A stretch of DNA of 56,698 bases, filler included, from Bipalium vagum (Eukaryota): NCBI GenBank assembly GCA_037834085.1. It is 3 parts of 3 records of this genome, joined end to end, with 100 filler letters (N's around TTAATTAATTAA, not from the genome) between each part and the next. Parts side by side here need not be neighbours in the genome. Positions count along the whole stretch, not along the records: positions 20,608 to 38,289 come from JBBMKC010055951.1; positions 38,390 to 56,698 come from JBBMKC010033220.1; 1 more part is not named here. One strand, given 5' to 3'. Position 1 is the first letter of the stretch. Every line of letters begins with the position of its first letter. Below are positions 26,621 to 38,400 of the stretch, one piece after another. A program made the translations under genes and the position numbers. The notes below the pieces were generated by a model that searched no databases, was not told the origin of the DNA, and saw only the letters and a list, made by a program, of their open reading frames with translations.

Positions 26621-27309
26621 GTTCTACGTTACGCCTTTGAACTTTTGAAAACTTTAAAATAATTTTAATAATGATTATTGATTGATTGATTTTTTCATTT
26701 TTCAACAATTTCATAAAATATATTGATGAAAGTAGAAAGACGTCTTTGCAATTAAAGCTTAAAAATGTAGTGAAACCTCCAGAAGAGGCAAGACAGAATG
26801 AACCAAGTCACTTGGCGAGGACAAGGCAAAGAATGAAGACTTCCATTATTGAATATGCAAGTCAAACCAGTTGTAATAAGTAATTTCTTAATTAAAGTAT
26901 TAATGAAAGGAGAACAATGCAAAATTAAACAATGATAAAATTCATGCTTATTTATAAATTATGAAATTCACAAACCTTACCGTAGTTAATTAATTACCAT
27001 TTCATCACTCCTCAAGACATCCACGGTGCACTAACTTATAAAAAGAGATATTATTACATCATGAGAAATGTTTCAAGAAAGTCTAGCAAGTAGCAGAACT
27101 GATTTCGGCAATATTTACAGTTCTTTTTATAAAATTTATTGAAAACTTTCCGGAAGTCTCTTAAAATGATGTAGATTCATTATATGTTTTTTACAAATAA
27201 ATGTATAAAACACTGTCGGTATGCTAGACTCACTAAAAATACAAAAATCTTTTAGCGTCTCAAAATAATTGATGGATTAATAACTAAACTTCCAAGCTTA
27301 ATTTAGCTT

Positions 27310-28350
27310 ATAAAAATGTCTTGCCTGTTCGAAAAGAATGAAGATTTCTGTCATTCTTCAAGTTTCATGGAAGAGAAAATGTTCCTGGTTTCCAAAAACA
27401 AGAGAAAGGTGGTATTTGAGAAAGAAAATCAAAAAATTGGTTTTCTTGATTCATGGAAAACAATTTCGATTTATTGATTAGAAGATACGTGGCCTTTTGA
27501 AATTTAGTTCATATTTCTCATTCCAAATTATCTTTTGAAAGGTTAATACTGCATTATCATCAGATTTTTTGTACGGAAATAGGAAAGCAAAGAATTTCCA
27601 GGAAAAGTAAACAGGCTTGCTTCACAATCTCAATGGATAACATTGTGTAAATGGTAATGTGTAAAATTTAAAAATATCGGAAGATATCTTTTCACTAACC
27701 AACTTTCAAATGTTAAGCTTCATTTTTTACTAAAACATTCTACTGGAATATTACAATCCATGGGTGTGGGTATAATTAATAGTTTCAAGACCAAATACCA
27801 TTTTTATCAAAATTCAAAGTAGAAATCAATATTGATTGTGCATCCACAGTCACAACTATTAATGTTTCTGAAGCTACTAAATTAATACGGGTTTTATGGA
27901 ATGGAGTAACTTCAGAGTGCATTTATAACTGTTGGCAGCACACAAAAATTATTACCGTTAACACTGAAACGCAGCATTTTCCTTTGTTTGTGGAAAACAA
28001 TATTTCCGAAATTGTTGAAAAATCTTGAAGCAGAACATCAAGTATCTGCTGAGGAATGTATTAAATTCCACGATAATATAGAGAAAACGGAGTACTTAAC
28101 AGTTTCAGAAATTATTTCATTGGTTACGGAAAAAATGAATGGTCTTCTGATTCCGAAAATAAATATGAGTACTGTAACTGATCAAGATAAGAATGAAATG
28201 GAAAGAATATAAAGAAAGCTGATAGTTCACCTGATGAAGAAACATTATCAACTGATTCAAACCCGAGAGAATTTAATAGAACCAAATTGTGAAAGTTATT
28301 TTAGACACGTTTTCATATATTGCAAGATGTTTTGAAGATACAACAATGAA
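27310..28350 (+). mobile_element. Decayed pogo/Tigger-type DDE transposase
   Basis: NVKLHFLLKHSTGILQSMGVGIINSFKTKY (QPLDQGII-like) and LWNGVTSECIYNCWQHTKI; many stops; boundaries approximate. Confidence 0.7.
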
Positions 28351-28596
28351 TAGTTTAAGTTAGTTTAAACTTTGAATTTAAAGTTAACAAAGTTGAAATT
28401 TAATGCAAACCCTTGTAATTTTTTTTGCATTGTGAGGTTTACCATACCACCCTATAAATGTATCAAAACTTTTATCTTTGATTATTTATTTTTTGTTATT
28501 CATTCAAAATGTTAAAGATTTAAGTATAAAGGATTTGTAAGATCAATGGATGACAATTAATTTTCATCAGATAAATGTCAACGGAAAACATCGAAG

Positions 28597-31500
28597 CTAC
28601 CAAGATGGTACTCCAGTTATTTTCAGAGTCCAAGCCCATTTCAGTTTTGACAAAACATCTTGGGGAAAAATAACTACAGTGTAATTAATATGCTTTTGAT
28701 AAGTAATTGGTCCATATCCCAGTAACGTAATTTCATCAGAATGCTTTGGTCTGTTCGGAAATCTAACTTTATTTAGTTTTAATGTTCCTTGACTTGGAAA
28801 TTTCAATATTATTGCGTAAATTGCTTTGGAATTCTTATCTGAATTAGAAGTGTACCAAATATCGTTTGATATTTCGTCTTTTTGGTATATCCAAGGCTTG
28901 GTTTTATAAATGGATTCGCCATTTATCTTCAACCATGTACCTAATTGCAATAATCTTTCTTCAAATATCGCAGGTATCGTTCCGAATTGAGTAGGACCAA
29001 CGTTTATTAAGGCATTTCCACCACAACTAACAGTCGATGCGATCTGAGAGATGATCTCCTAAATGTTTAATAAATGCTTAAGTATAAATATTTTTTTACT
29101 TCGATCGTTAGTACATCCATGGACGTCATTTCTCGTCTAAATCCCCAAGAATATTTATCCAATGTAAAACAGTTTTCCCATTTATGGTTAAGCAGTTTTC
29201 CTGGATTATATCTATCGGCACAGGAATAAAATCCTCCATGCTTACATAAAGTTCCACTACCCCATCTATCATTGGTAATGACACTATCTTTAACAGGACT
29301 GCTGTTATATAACCAAGCTAAAAATACCGTGGAATTCCAATAAATATCACTTGCTTCCCAATCTCCGTCTGACCATATAATTTCTGGTTTATAACGATTA
29401 ACAATCTCGTACAGCTCTGGCATTGTCTTGAACTTAACGAAGTTTGCGGTCTGAAATTTATTATTTTTATCTTCAATATAAAGCTTGTGAAACCATTCGT
29501 AAAGAGAATGATAAATTCCGAATTTAAGTTTTGTTCTTTTTCTAATTGACGTAGCAAGCATATTTACGAGATCCATTTTTGGTCCGACATCAACGGAATT
29601 CCAATTCCATGAATATTTTGTGTTCCAATTGCAATATCCCTCGTGGTGTTTCGATGTAAGGACGATATACTGAGCCCCAGAAGCATTAAATAAGTCAGCC
29701 CAAGAATCTGGGTTGAACAATTCTACTCGAAAGTCTCTGGCAAAATCGCCATATGTAAAAGAAGGAGGATAGTTTTTTGACATGTAATTGTTGTATCCCG
29801 ATACATTTAGTCCTTGCCAGTTCCACCAAAACCATTCTGCAGCATGGTTAGAGTCGCTGAAATATTTCTTTTTTTATTCCGTATTTTAATTAATGTATAA
29901 TTTTTTCTTTAAATTGTTTTCCCACCGAAAATATAAATTATTCCTTAATTATATTAATACGAAAAGTGTTCTTTGTGAAATCTACACGATCTCAAAATAA
30001 AGTTTGTATTAAAAAAATATTAAAAGAATCTTGGCCGAATAAATTAGAAAAACTAAATAATCGATAGATTGTTTACGACTGGTGCAAAATATATATTTCT
30101 TATTTATTTAGCTTACTTAATAGACTCTGAAGAACATTTTTAAATAATACTTTTATTTTGGTACCATGCGAAGGCCTGATATTTACTAAGAATTTTTTAC
30201 AATAATATTTAGTTCGCAAGAAAATAATTTCTGATTTTTTTGAAGAAACAAAAGATATGTAACTATATTTTTTATTAAATTTTTATTTGTCAAAGAAGCA
30301 CCAGCTACCTTTTTCCAGGAAGTATAAAATTCCGCGTTCATAAAATTCCTTGAGTTTATCTGCAAAGCAACTTCAACAATCGGATTTGATGTCATCATCA
30401 TCAGTAAAAGTTTTACCATTCAAGAAGATTTTTATATTACTAAATTAATGGTAATCAGAAGGTTTTGCCTAGTGACCGGTCTGAGAATCATCAAATAAAC
30501 GGATTGAACAGATCAGAAGTTTTATAAAAAAAGAAATATGCAAACTAGTCAGGAGATTAACTGCAGATGTGCGAGATAAAAAGAATGAAAACAAATTTTG
30601 ACTATTAAGAATAAAAGAAAAGTATGACAGAATTTCTCGTATCTCTGACATATTAATTTCTTGGAGAGCATGAAGACATATTCTTCATAACATCACCAAA
30701 ATAGTTGAACCATTTTTAAATTGGACTGGCCTTTTTCTAAAAGATTTTCTGTATATTAATGTATCATCAAATTATTTTATTTCTAATCCCGAATAAATTA
30801 ATTTAACTTATTTGTTGAAATGATTTTGTTTAACTCAATTAGTAATATTTAATTTAATCAAACAAGACATTATCTTACAATTCTCTTTACACTTTACATC
30901 TAATCTTGAGCAAACAACGATATTAGAGATAGTTGAAATGGAAAACACTTCTTTTGCTCAATTTTCATGGTTTTCGGTTCAACTACAGAAAGTGTTGTTA
31001 TTCAAACCCTTATTTTGAAGTTAGAAGCAGATAATAAAGACTGTCCATGATGAAAATTGATCGATTACAAACTTTGATAACTTTAATAAATTAAATTCTT
31101 TATGTGTCATATTATCTAAATAATCTATTGATTTTTGTAGATAAATAAATATTAGCAACGGAAATTGATAAACAAAATGAAATGAGAAAAAAATTGTCCA
31201 AATACAATCAAAATACAGCTTCCTCATATTCAACGTTTGCTAAAAATGTTGACTTAGATTAAAGGAGACTTCAAACAAATGCCAGATAAGAAGTATTTCG
31301 TTGGATGACGTGATTACTGAAAGATTTAGAATGAAAAGCTCTTAAAATTCTCAAAGAAATACCTTGCGTGGCAAGCCATTTGTACATGTTGAAAAAAACT
31401 GAAACAATAAATCAAGAAATCTATATCAAAGAGTGCCTTCAAAAATATCTATTGCCTTTTATTAATAAGCATGATTATCTTATTTTGTTTTGGCCCAATC

Positions 31501-32245
31501 TCGCAAGTACTCATCATGCTAAAGATATAATAGAATGGTATCAAACAAATAATTTGAAGAGTTGTTCCTCGACAACCCAACCTTCCTAACTACCCAGAAT
31601 TCCGATAAATAGAAAAATATTAGACAATTATAAAACAGAACTTAAATAATACCCAGGGCACTGCAAAGAATGAAGAAGACTTTAAAAGAAAGTGTAAGAA
31701 ATCAACAGACAAGGTAACTAGAACGACTGCAGAAGTTGATTGGAGGAGCAAAAAGAAAACTTCGCCAATTTTATCTGAGCTAAGATATTTTATTAAATAC
31801 AATACCAATAGAATTTGTTTTTTGTATATAATTTGTTTAAAATAAATATAGGTTTATTAAAATACTCTTTGCCTTATACTTTTTATATTACTTTTATAAA
31901 GACCACTTTTCATAGTGACACTCTTTAATTAGGACAACATTTTGAAAAATATTAAAGTAGACTTGGCAGAATTGTTCCAATAGAGATTTTCGCTTTAATT
32001 ATTAAAATGAAATTAAAAATACATAGAAACCTGTCTTCAGACTTTTGAAACTTTGAGAAAATTTATAATACAAACCCAAATGCAGGAACAGCGAATACTC
32101 CCCAGTGGATGAAGATTCCAATTTTCGACTCATCATACCAGGTTGGAAGGGGTCTTGAATCAAGAGATTCCCAGTCGGGAAAATACATTTTCGAATCGCA
32201 TTTCAATATTAGCAGTATCCCAACTATCAGATAAACTAGCATCAT
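28597..32245 (-). CDS. FUCA: Alpha-L-fucosidase (GH29), complete, 3 exons, 462 aa
   Basis: Exons 32245-32076, 29856-29100 and 29058-28597 with GT-AG introns and consistent phases (1389 nt total). Hydrophobic signal peptide; [37 protein letters not shown], nucleophile motif IWSDGDW, NDRWG, KWENC, LINVGP. Confidence 0.95.
30186..31230 (-). mobile_element. Possible decayed hAT transposase C-terminus in FUCA intron 1
   Basis: Fragments [20 protein letters not shown] and [26 protein letters not shown] resemble the hAT dimerization region; heavily disrupted. Confidence 0.35.
31230..31926 (+). mobile_element. DD37E transposon 3' remnant in FUCA intron 1
   Basis: [42 protein letters not shown]; terminal ccacttttcatagtgacactcttta. 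Confidence 0.75.
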
Positions 32246-32791
32246 GAAAATAAGTTCAATTTGTACGACAAGGTCCAGTAAGATATGACCAAGAGTCAAT
32301 GTACAAATATTGATTTTAAGGTTAGATTAAATTCCACTCTCCGAAAAATACGTCAAAGAAATTGCTTAGTCTATCATTAAACTATGTTAGAAAATTAAAA
32401 AATTGACTTTTACTTGTAAACCAAGTACCTATGTACGTTTACATAATGTTTCCACATTGACTGAGAACTTTAAAGTCTGAATATACGCAAAATTTCAACA
32501 AAACCACTGCAGTACCATCTCCGACCATGTGTGATATATTTATTTTTACAATGGACTTTATGGAAGGTTAATCCAATTTATTTTAATCAATTCAGCTTTC
32601 ATTTTCATAAAAAAATTAATACAGAAAACCTCAAAAAAATCTTAAGCCCATAAAAATCAAAATTTTCAAAACTTCTATTTTTTTTCTAACAAAAACATAT
32701 TTACACAAAATATCATTGAGATTAATATATTATAATTTGGCTTCTGCTTTAATAAAGCAGATACAGCTAACATAATGGTTTGACTTTTAAG

Positions 32792-32983
32792 GTAGCCGTA
32801 TTTTTGCTGGAATTTACAGAATACCTCAATATTACTAAACTCAATCAAGTCATTAATAATCTACCGGAGTTCTCAAAAGAAACTGATCCAGAGATCATAG
32901 AGAAGAAAAAAGGACCAGCCGTCAAGCTTCGACAGCTGATGGACACTGCTTATAAACACAGAGTTGTTGGACTCAAAATCTAA
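32792..32983 (+). CDS. Possible terminal exon of a small unknown gene, divergent from FUCA
   Basis: Stop-free, coding-like composition (VAVFLLEF..KKKGPAVKLRQLMDTAYKHRVVGLKI*); acceptors aag/tag at 32791/32795; no family recognised. Confidence 0.3.
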   Translation, partial: VAVFLLEFTEYLNITKLNQVINNLPEFSKETDPEIIEKKKGPAVKLRQLMDTAYKHRVVGLKI

Positions 32984-34269
32984 CCATCGACATGTCAACA
33001 GTCAATGATAATTAATAATATTTAGTAATATTTTAATTTTAGCAGCTGATATCACTTCACTCACAAGAATAAGCCGTATAAGGCTTACTGACTTATTTAT
33101 ATTTTTCGAAAAAGTTTTCATTATTAAATAATATCAAAATATTATATTTTTTATTCAAATTTTATTTTTATTCAAATTTTAATTTTATTCAAAATATTAA
33201 TAATTAGTTTATAAAATAAGAAATAAAAGTAATTTTTATTAATCATTTTGAAAATTGTTATAATTTTGACTTAGCATGTTTAAATTAGATTAAAAAGTAT
33301 TTTTTACTGAAATAATTAATTTAAAAGTAAAAAATTAATAAGTTTAACAATTTAAACAAAATAAACAAACTTAAAATAGCCACTAAATTTAGACTGTTAA
33401 CTACATCTGTAAGTTATTAATAAAATTTGAAAAAATCAATATAAATTTAGAAAAATTGGTTTAAAAATCAGTAATAATTTGTTAACCAATGAAATAGCTC
33501 ATTTCGTGAAACTGAGTAGTATATAAAATCATTAAATTTCACAAAATATCGCTCTTAAAGATTAAAAGAATACCTTTATTGCTATTCTAAAAAAAGTTAA
33601 GCGAACAGGAAAATATATAAAAGCAAGGAATTGTATTAATTTCATAATCTAAGCAAATTACTTAAGTCTTAAATCTCACTAAAAACCTGAACACCAAAAT
33701 TTTTCTTTTATTACGACATGTACATCACATTCATAGTCTACTTCATCTATATCATCAAATAGCGGATATAAATTCTCCTTGAGAAATAATGTCTGTTTGA
33801 AATCCGCTTAGCAAATTATCAGAGTTCAAAAATGTTATCTAAAGAAAAGTTCAGCCATTGTTCTTGAGAACCTTTTTCAAGTTGGTCATGACTTCTGGAT
33901 GCAGAATTGTAGTTTGATTTTGATGTGGGACATGTTAAATCTTTGTGGTATTTTTTTTCTAAATAGGCATTTCTCAATGTTCATTTTGATCGTAGCCTTT
34001 CTTTGGTGCATACTATCGACTGAGTGACACTATCGGGTTTGATAAAATTAATTGAAAATCCCTTTATTTTCTATATTTCCTCTTGACGTCGTTTTTGTTA
34101 TTGACGCTATAAGATTTGATCAATTTGATAATATTTATTTTTCTAGTTCTTTTTCCAATGTCGAGGAACTTTTATATTGTTTTTATTAACATTACATTAT
34201 TAATTATTACTATTTACTATTTATATATTATATTTTTGTTATTTACATTTTTTTGTACTAACTCTTATT

Positions 34270-34880
34270 TGCCGATTCATGAATGAAGATTACGACATCA
34301 TGGACAAAGAGCGTGGTAGACTACGGAAAAGTGTTTGAAGATAAAGAATTGGCACAATTACTACATGAAGACCATATCAAACGCAAACCGAACTGTTCAT
34401 TGTGTTAAATTTAAGCCAAAGATGTATTTTCCAACATTTGTGAAGTATGGGAATGATTAGAAAATTAAGGAAATGGTTCCCACATAGATTGACGGAAAAA
34501 AATATTGAAAGTTGACTTGTAATTTTTTAAATTCATTTTTAGGGGCAACAAAGAAAAGGTTTCTTGATTATGATTCTGACAGAAGACGAGCATTGGATTC
34601 GATATGACAACTCAAACTACAAAGCATCTTGGGTGAAACCTGGAGAACAGAATATATCAACACGACAATGTCTGACTCCAATCTATTTATTTCAAGTTTA
34701 AACATTTATAAATATATTTTAAATTTTAAATGGGAAATATACTGACTCTTACATCACCCGCCATATTCAACAGATATTTTCCCGGATTTCCATTTGTTCT
34801 GTCATATGCAATCCGAGCTTTCTGGGAAGCGGGCCAGTTCCGATGAAGACCTTCAAAAATGGACTGGTAGGTAGATTTTA
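34270..34880 (+). mobile_element. Decayed mariner whose central part is replaced by a copy of the flotillin 5' region
   Basis: FEDKELAQLLHED.., KWFPHRLTEKN, ILTEDEHWIRYDN..WVKPGE, then the 63-bp insert, then HPPYSTDI..FHLF. Confidence 0.8.
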
Positions 34881-35182
34881 ATTGATTTCAAAGAACAATA
34901 TTGATTTATAAGATTATATACCAAAAATCAAATTTGTTCTTATTCATTTACTTAAGAACCATTAAATATTGTTGAGTCCACAATTTTAAAAAGTTGAGTT
35001 ATATTTTATTTTTTCAGTTTAAAAAATAAAAAAATTTTCTAAATAGATAGTTATTTAAATATTCTCTTTATACTATCTCATTGAAAATATTTCACAATAC
35101 TATTTGAATTTGTTTTACTAATCTATTTATTTCAAGTTTAAACATTTATAAATATATTTAAAATTTTAAATGGGAAATATAC
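34680..35182 (+). repeat. 63-bp direct repeat (34680-34742 and 35120-35182), 1 mismatch
   Basis: aatctatttatttcaagtttaaacatttataaatatattt(t/a)aaattttaaatgggaaatatac occurs twice, 440 bp apart. Confidence 0.95.
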
Positions 35183-35857
35183 ACACCGTTGGTCCAAATG
35201 AGGCTTTGGCAATATCAGGTAATTTGTCTATTCAAAATGACAGATAATCTAAAATATATTTCATATCTGTTTTTAAATTGTTGTCGATAGCTAAAACTTT
35301 TGTTAGTATAACAAGTTTTTTTCTGAAAAGCAATCATTTACTATTTATTTGAAATAATTCAACAATCTTGGAAATATAATTCCTTCGTAATTTTCTAAAA
35401 GTTAGTATGGTTTAAAAATCAAAAAAAATTAAAAATTTTTTCACATGTCTGGCTGTGTGAGACTGATATTATTTTTATTAATTTTTTGAATTAATAAAAT
35501 AATTAACCCTGAATTATTAATTTTTTTAATATTAAAAATTTAGTTCATTTCTTTACACTATTTAAAGTAAAATATTTCTATGCGCATTGGATAATTAGAA
35601 TGTTTTCCATTTATTTGTAAAATATATTAACTCAAATTCTTCATATTAGGTGGGTGTTGTGGTACAGGATCCATGAAAACAATTATTGGCGGTTGGGGTT
35701 GGGCATGGTGGATGGTCAGCCAAGTTCAAAAGTAATAAAAATTTCAATGACAATTATTTTATTTTTGTCATTTACAGAATTTCTTTGGAAGTTATGACTT
35801 TAAACCCAACTTGTGAGCATGTGGAAACAAAAGAAGGAGTCCCATTGACTGTAACAG
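35170..35857 (+). CDS. FLOT2: Flotillin-2 (reggie-1), first three coding exons; remainder not found in the window
   Basis: Exons 35170-35218, 35650-35731 and 35778-35857 give MGNIHTVGPNEALAISGGCCGTGSMKTIIGGWGWAWWMVSQVQKISLEVMTLNPTCEHVETKEGVPLTVT; myristoylation Gly2 and the CC palmitoylation site are present. Confidence 0.93.
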
Positions 35858-38289
35858 GTGATTTACGTTTTTCTGTATATTGTATTTTATTAAACTATTT
35901 TATTCATAAAGTATATAACGAAGATGGAATAAACAATAAATTTATTTCAGTGTTTTTGTGAAAGTTTGAAGTCCATGATCAATATGAACTAGATGAAATT
36001 CGATGACTTAATATTTACTTTTCTGAATTTGAAAATTTTTTCGGTGGCTACGGAAATTTCACTTAAATTTTTTTCACTGGAAATTTCTCATGATGTGATA
36101 TTTCGCTATTCAGGTGCTAAAAAATACTTCTTCGGACATGGAGGGAGTGAATTACCAATTTTTAAGAGGTAGTTGTTTCTTGTGCTTCTTATCGTTTGAA
36201 AGAGAGAGGAATCTTCTTCTTTACCTTTTTCATTTCTTAATGTTTTAGACGCAGTGACATTTGATATTTTCCAATCGATTTTAATAAAAATTTCAATATA
36301 TAAATTCCGGTTTAGAGCTGATATTCAATTAAAAACCTTCAGTGTGAATTTTTACTTATATAAGGAACGCGAATATCAATAAAATTTTTCTCATTGACTT
36401 TGTGTGAGTATAGTATATCTGTGTGGAACTTCATTATATTAATTATTTCATTTATATTTTACCCAAGAGAGAGGTTCTTTATGATTTCGACTACTGGCAT
36501 TTGACTTTTATTAGGTTCAAAATGATTTTAATTTTAATCAATGTCAATTTTTTATAGATTGGTATACAGAAAAATTAATATAAGTATTCATTAATTAAAT
36601 AAAAATTACTGATAACATTTTTTGATTTATTTAATATTTTTTATTGATTTAAAATTATTAATTTTATTTTTTAGATTTATTTAAAATTATTTAGTTAAGT
36701 TGTCAATTATATATACAATAATCAAGTCTAAAATAATAAAAATGAAAAAAATTGATAAAAATATTTTTATTAGTGTTTCTAATTTTTAAAAAAATTTTCA
36801 ACTAAAAAATTTCAAGAGATTTTAAAATGTTCACAATTTTTTTTGCCATTGTAACCCTGAAAATTGTTCTCCTAGCTCAATATATGTCAAACTGTCAATA
36901 TTTGCACGCTGTACACAGGCCTGAAACAAGAAAAATTCAAACGGAACAAAGTGTATGGTTTCAATAATGCGAATTGAAGGAAAATTTTTTATTTGCAACT
37001 ATTCTCGTTCTACATGTCAGCGTGACACACTCATTCACACACACCGACAAGTTCTCGTGACAGGCAACATCAGATGTCAAATAATGATTCCTTAGTTCCT
37101 CACATGTTTCTGAAGTTCATCTCTTTGTTTCTCACTGACATCACTGAATCTTACCAATGCACACAAACACATATTATCAAAAAACGTTTTCTATACTGTG
37201 GTAAAATTGCGTAATGAATTCTCTGATTTATTATAAAATTGATTTAGAGCAGAATAGGAAGGGAGGAGGGGGGACACATTACGATAAATCATCTATGAAA
37301 GGAGAAATCCGTTTCCATTCCTACAGTCGTTGAATTTGATCCACACACCAGCAACAATAAATAAGGAACACGAGCACACACACACACTCAATGGTCGCCG
37401 CCATTTATGTCAACAGAAATATTGATAATTCATTGATTAAAATTATTCCAGGGATCGGAGAATTGAATTAGAACAAAAATTTAACATCAGTTGAAAATCA
37501 AAAAATGGATCATTTATTGTGTAAACAATATTGGAAAGAAAGGAATTTCAGAGTCCTTTAATTTATTGAAGCTTAATCGGGATTGATGTCGAGTAAAACA
37601 AAATGATGGGGATTTCCAATTCGAAAATAATGAAGACAAAATGGATTAAAAAGAAACGCTTCAAACAGAGAATTTATAAACATAATATTACCTTTCGAAG
37701 AAATTTTTTGGAATTCTGAGAAATGATCTTTTTAAAATTTGGAATTTGTACTATTTTGAAATGGAAATATTAAGTACTCCTTGGTTGTGGGCCTTGACTA
37801 TTTGTAGCCTGCAGATATTGTAATCATGACAACTGTTCCGACAATTAAAGTTAATGGCAACTGATATTGACAGTAATAACAATATATTAATAGTGGAAAA
37901 TATATATTTATTAATTAATAATAAAAAGTGACAGTAGGCAATAGTAAAAATGAATAATACTAATTATTATAATAATTATAAATGACAATAAAAATAAGTA
38001 ATAATATAAAAAAATAATAATACTAATTGTAAAATTTAAAACAATTTTTGACTTAATAAATTCATATATTTGCAAATATAGGGTGTCTCAAAAATCACAC
38101 AAGATTTGAATTAAATAAAAAACCTTTTTATTTCTTAAAATTAATTATTTTTTAATTTAATTGCAAAGTATACATGATAGGGTTATGTATGAAACTTAAT
38201 TTAAATGTAATGATATAAAAAATTTGTTTACATGAAATAAAACACAAAATAAATCACTTTTTGATTTGCAACAATTCAAAATTTAATTA

Positions 38290-38389
38290 NNNNNNNNNNN
38301 NNNNNNNNNNNNNNNNNNNNNNNNNNNNNNNNNTTAATTAATTAANNNNNNNNNNNNNNNNNNNNNNNNNNNNNNNNNNNNNNNNNNNN
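38290..38389. other. Assembly spacer (44 N + TTAATTAATTAA + 44 N)
   Basis: Seen directly; same structure as 20508-20607. Confidence 0.95.
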
Positions 38390-38400
38390 TAAAGATTTAC

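Noticed and set aside
36114-36168. Next flotillin exon (phase-compatible, GAKKYFFGHGGSELPIFK)
   Set aside because: No similarity to the expected GVAQVK.. continuation; probably chance splice-like signals.
37691-37808. Possible further IFT122 exon left of the spacer
   Set aside because: Stops occur in all three frames between the apparent acceptor and donor.
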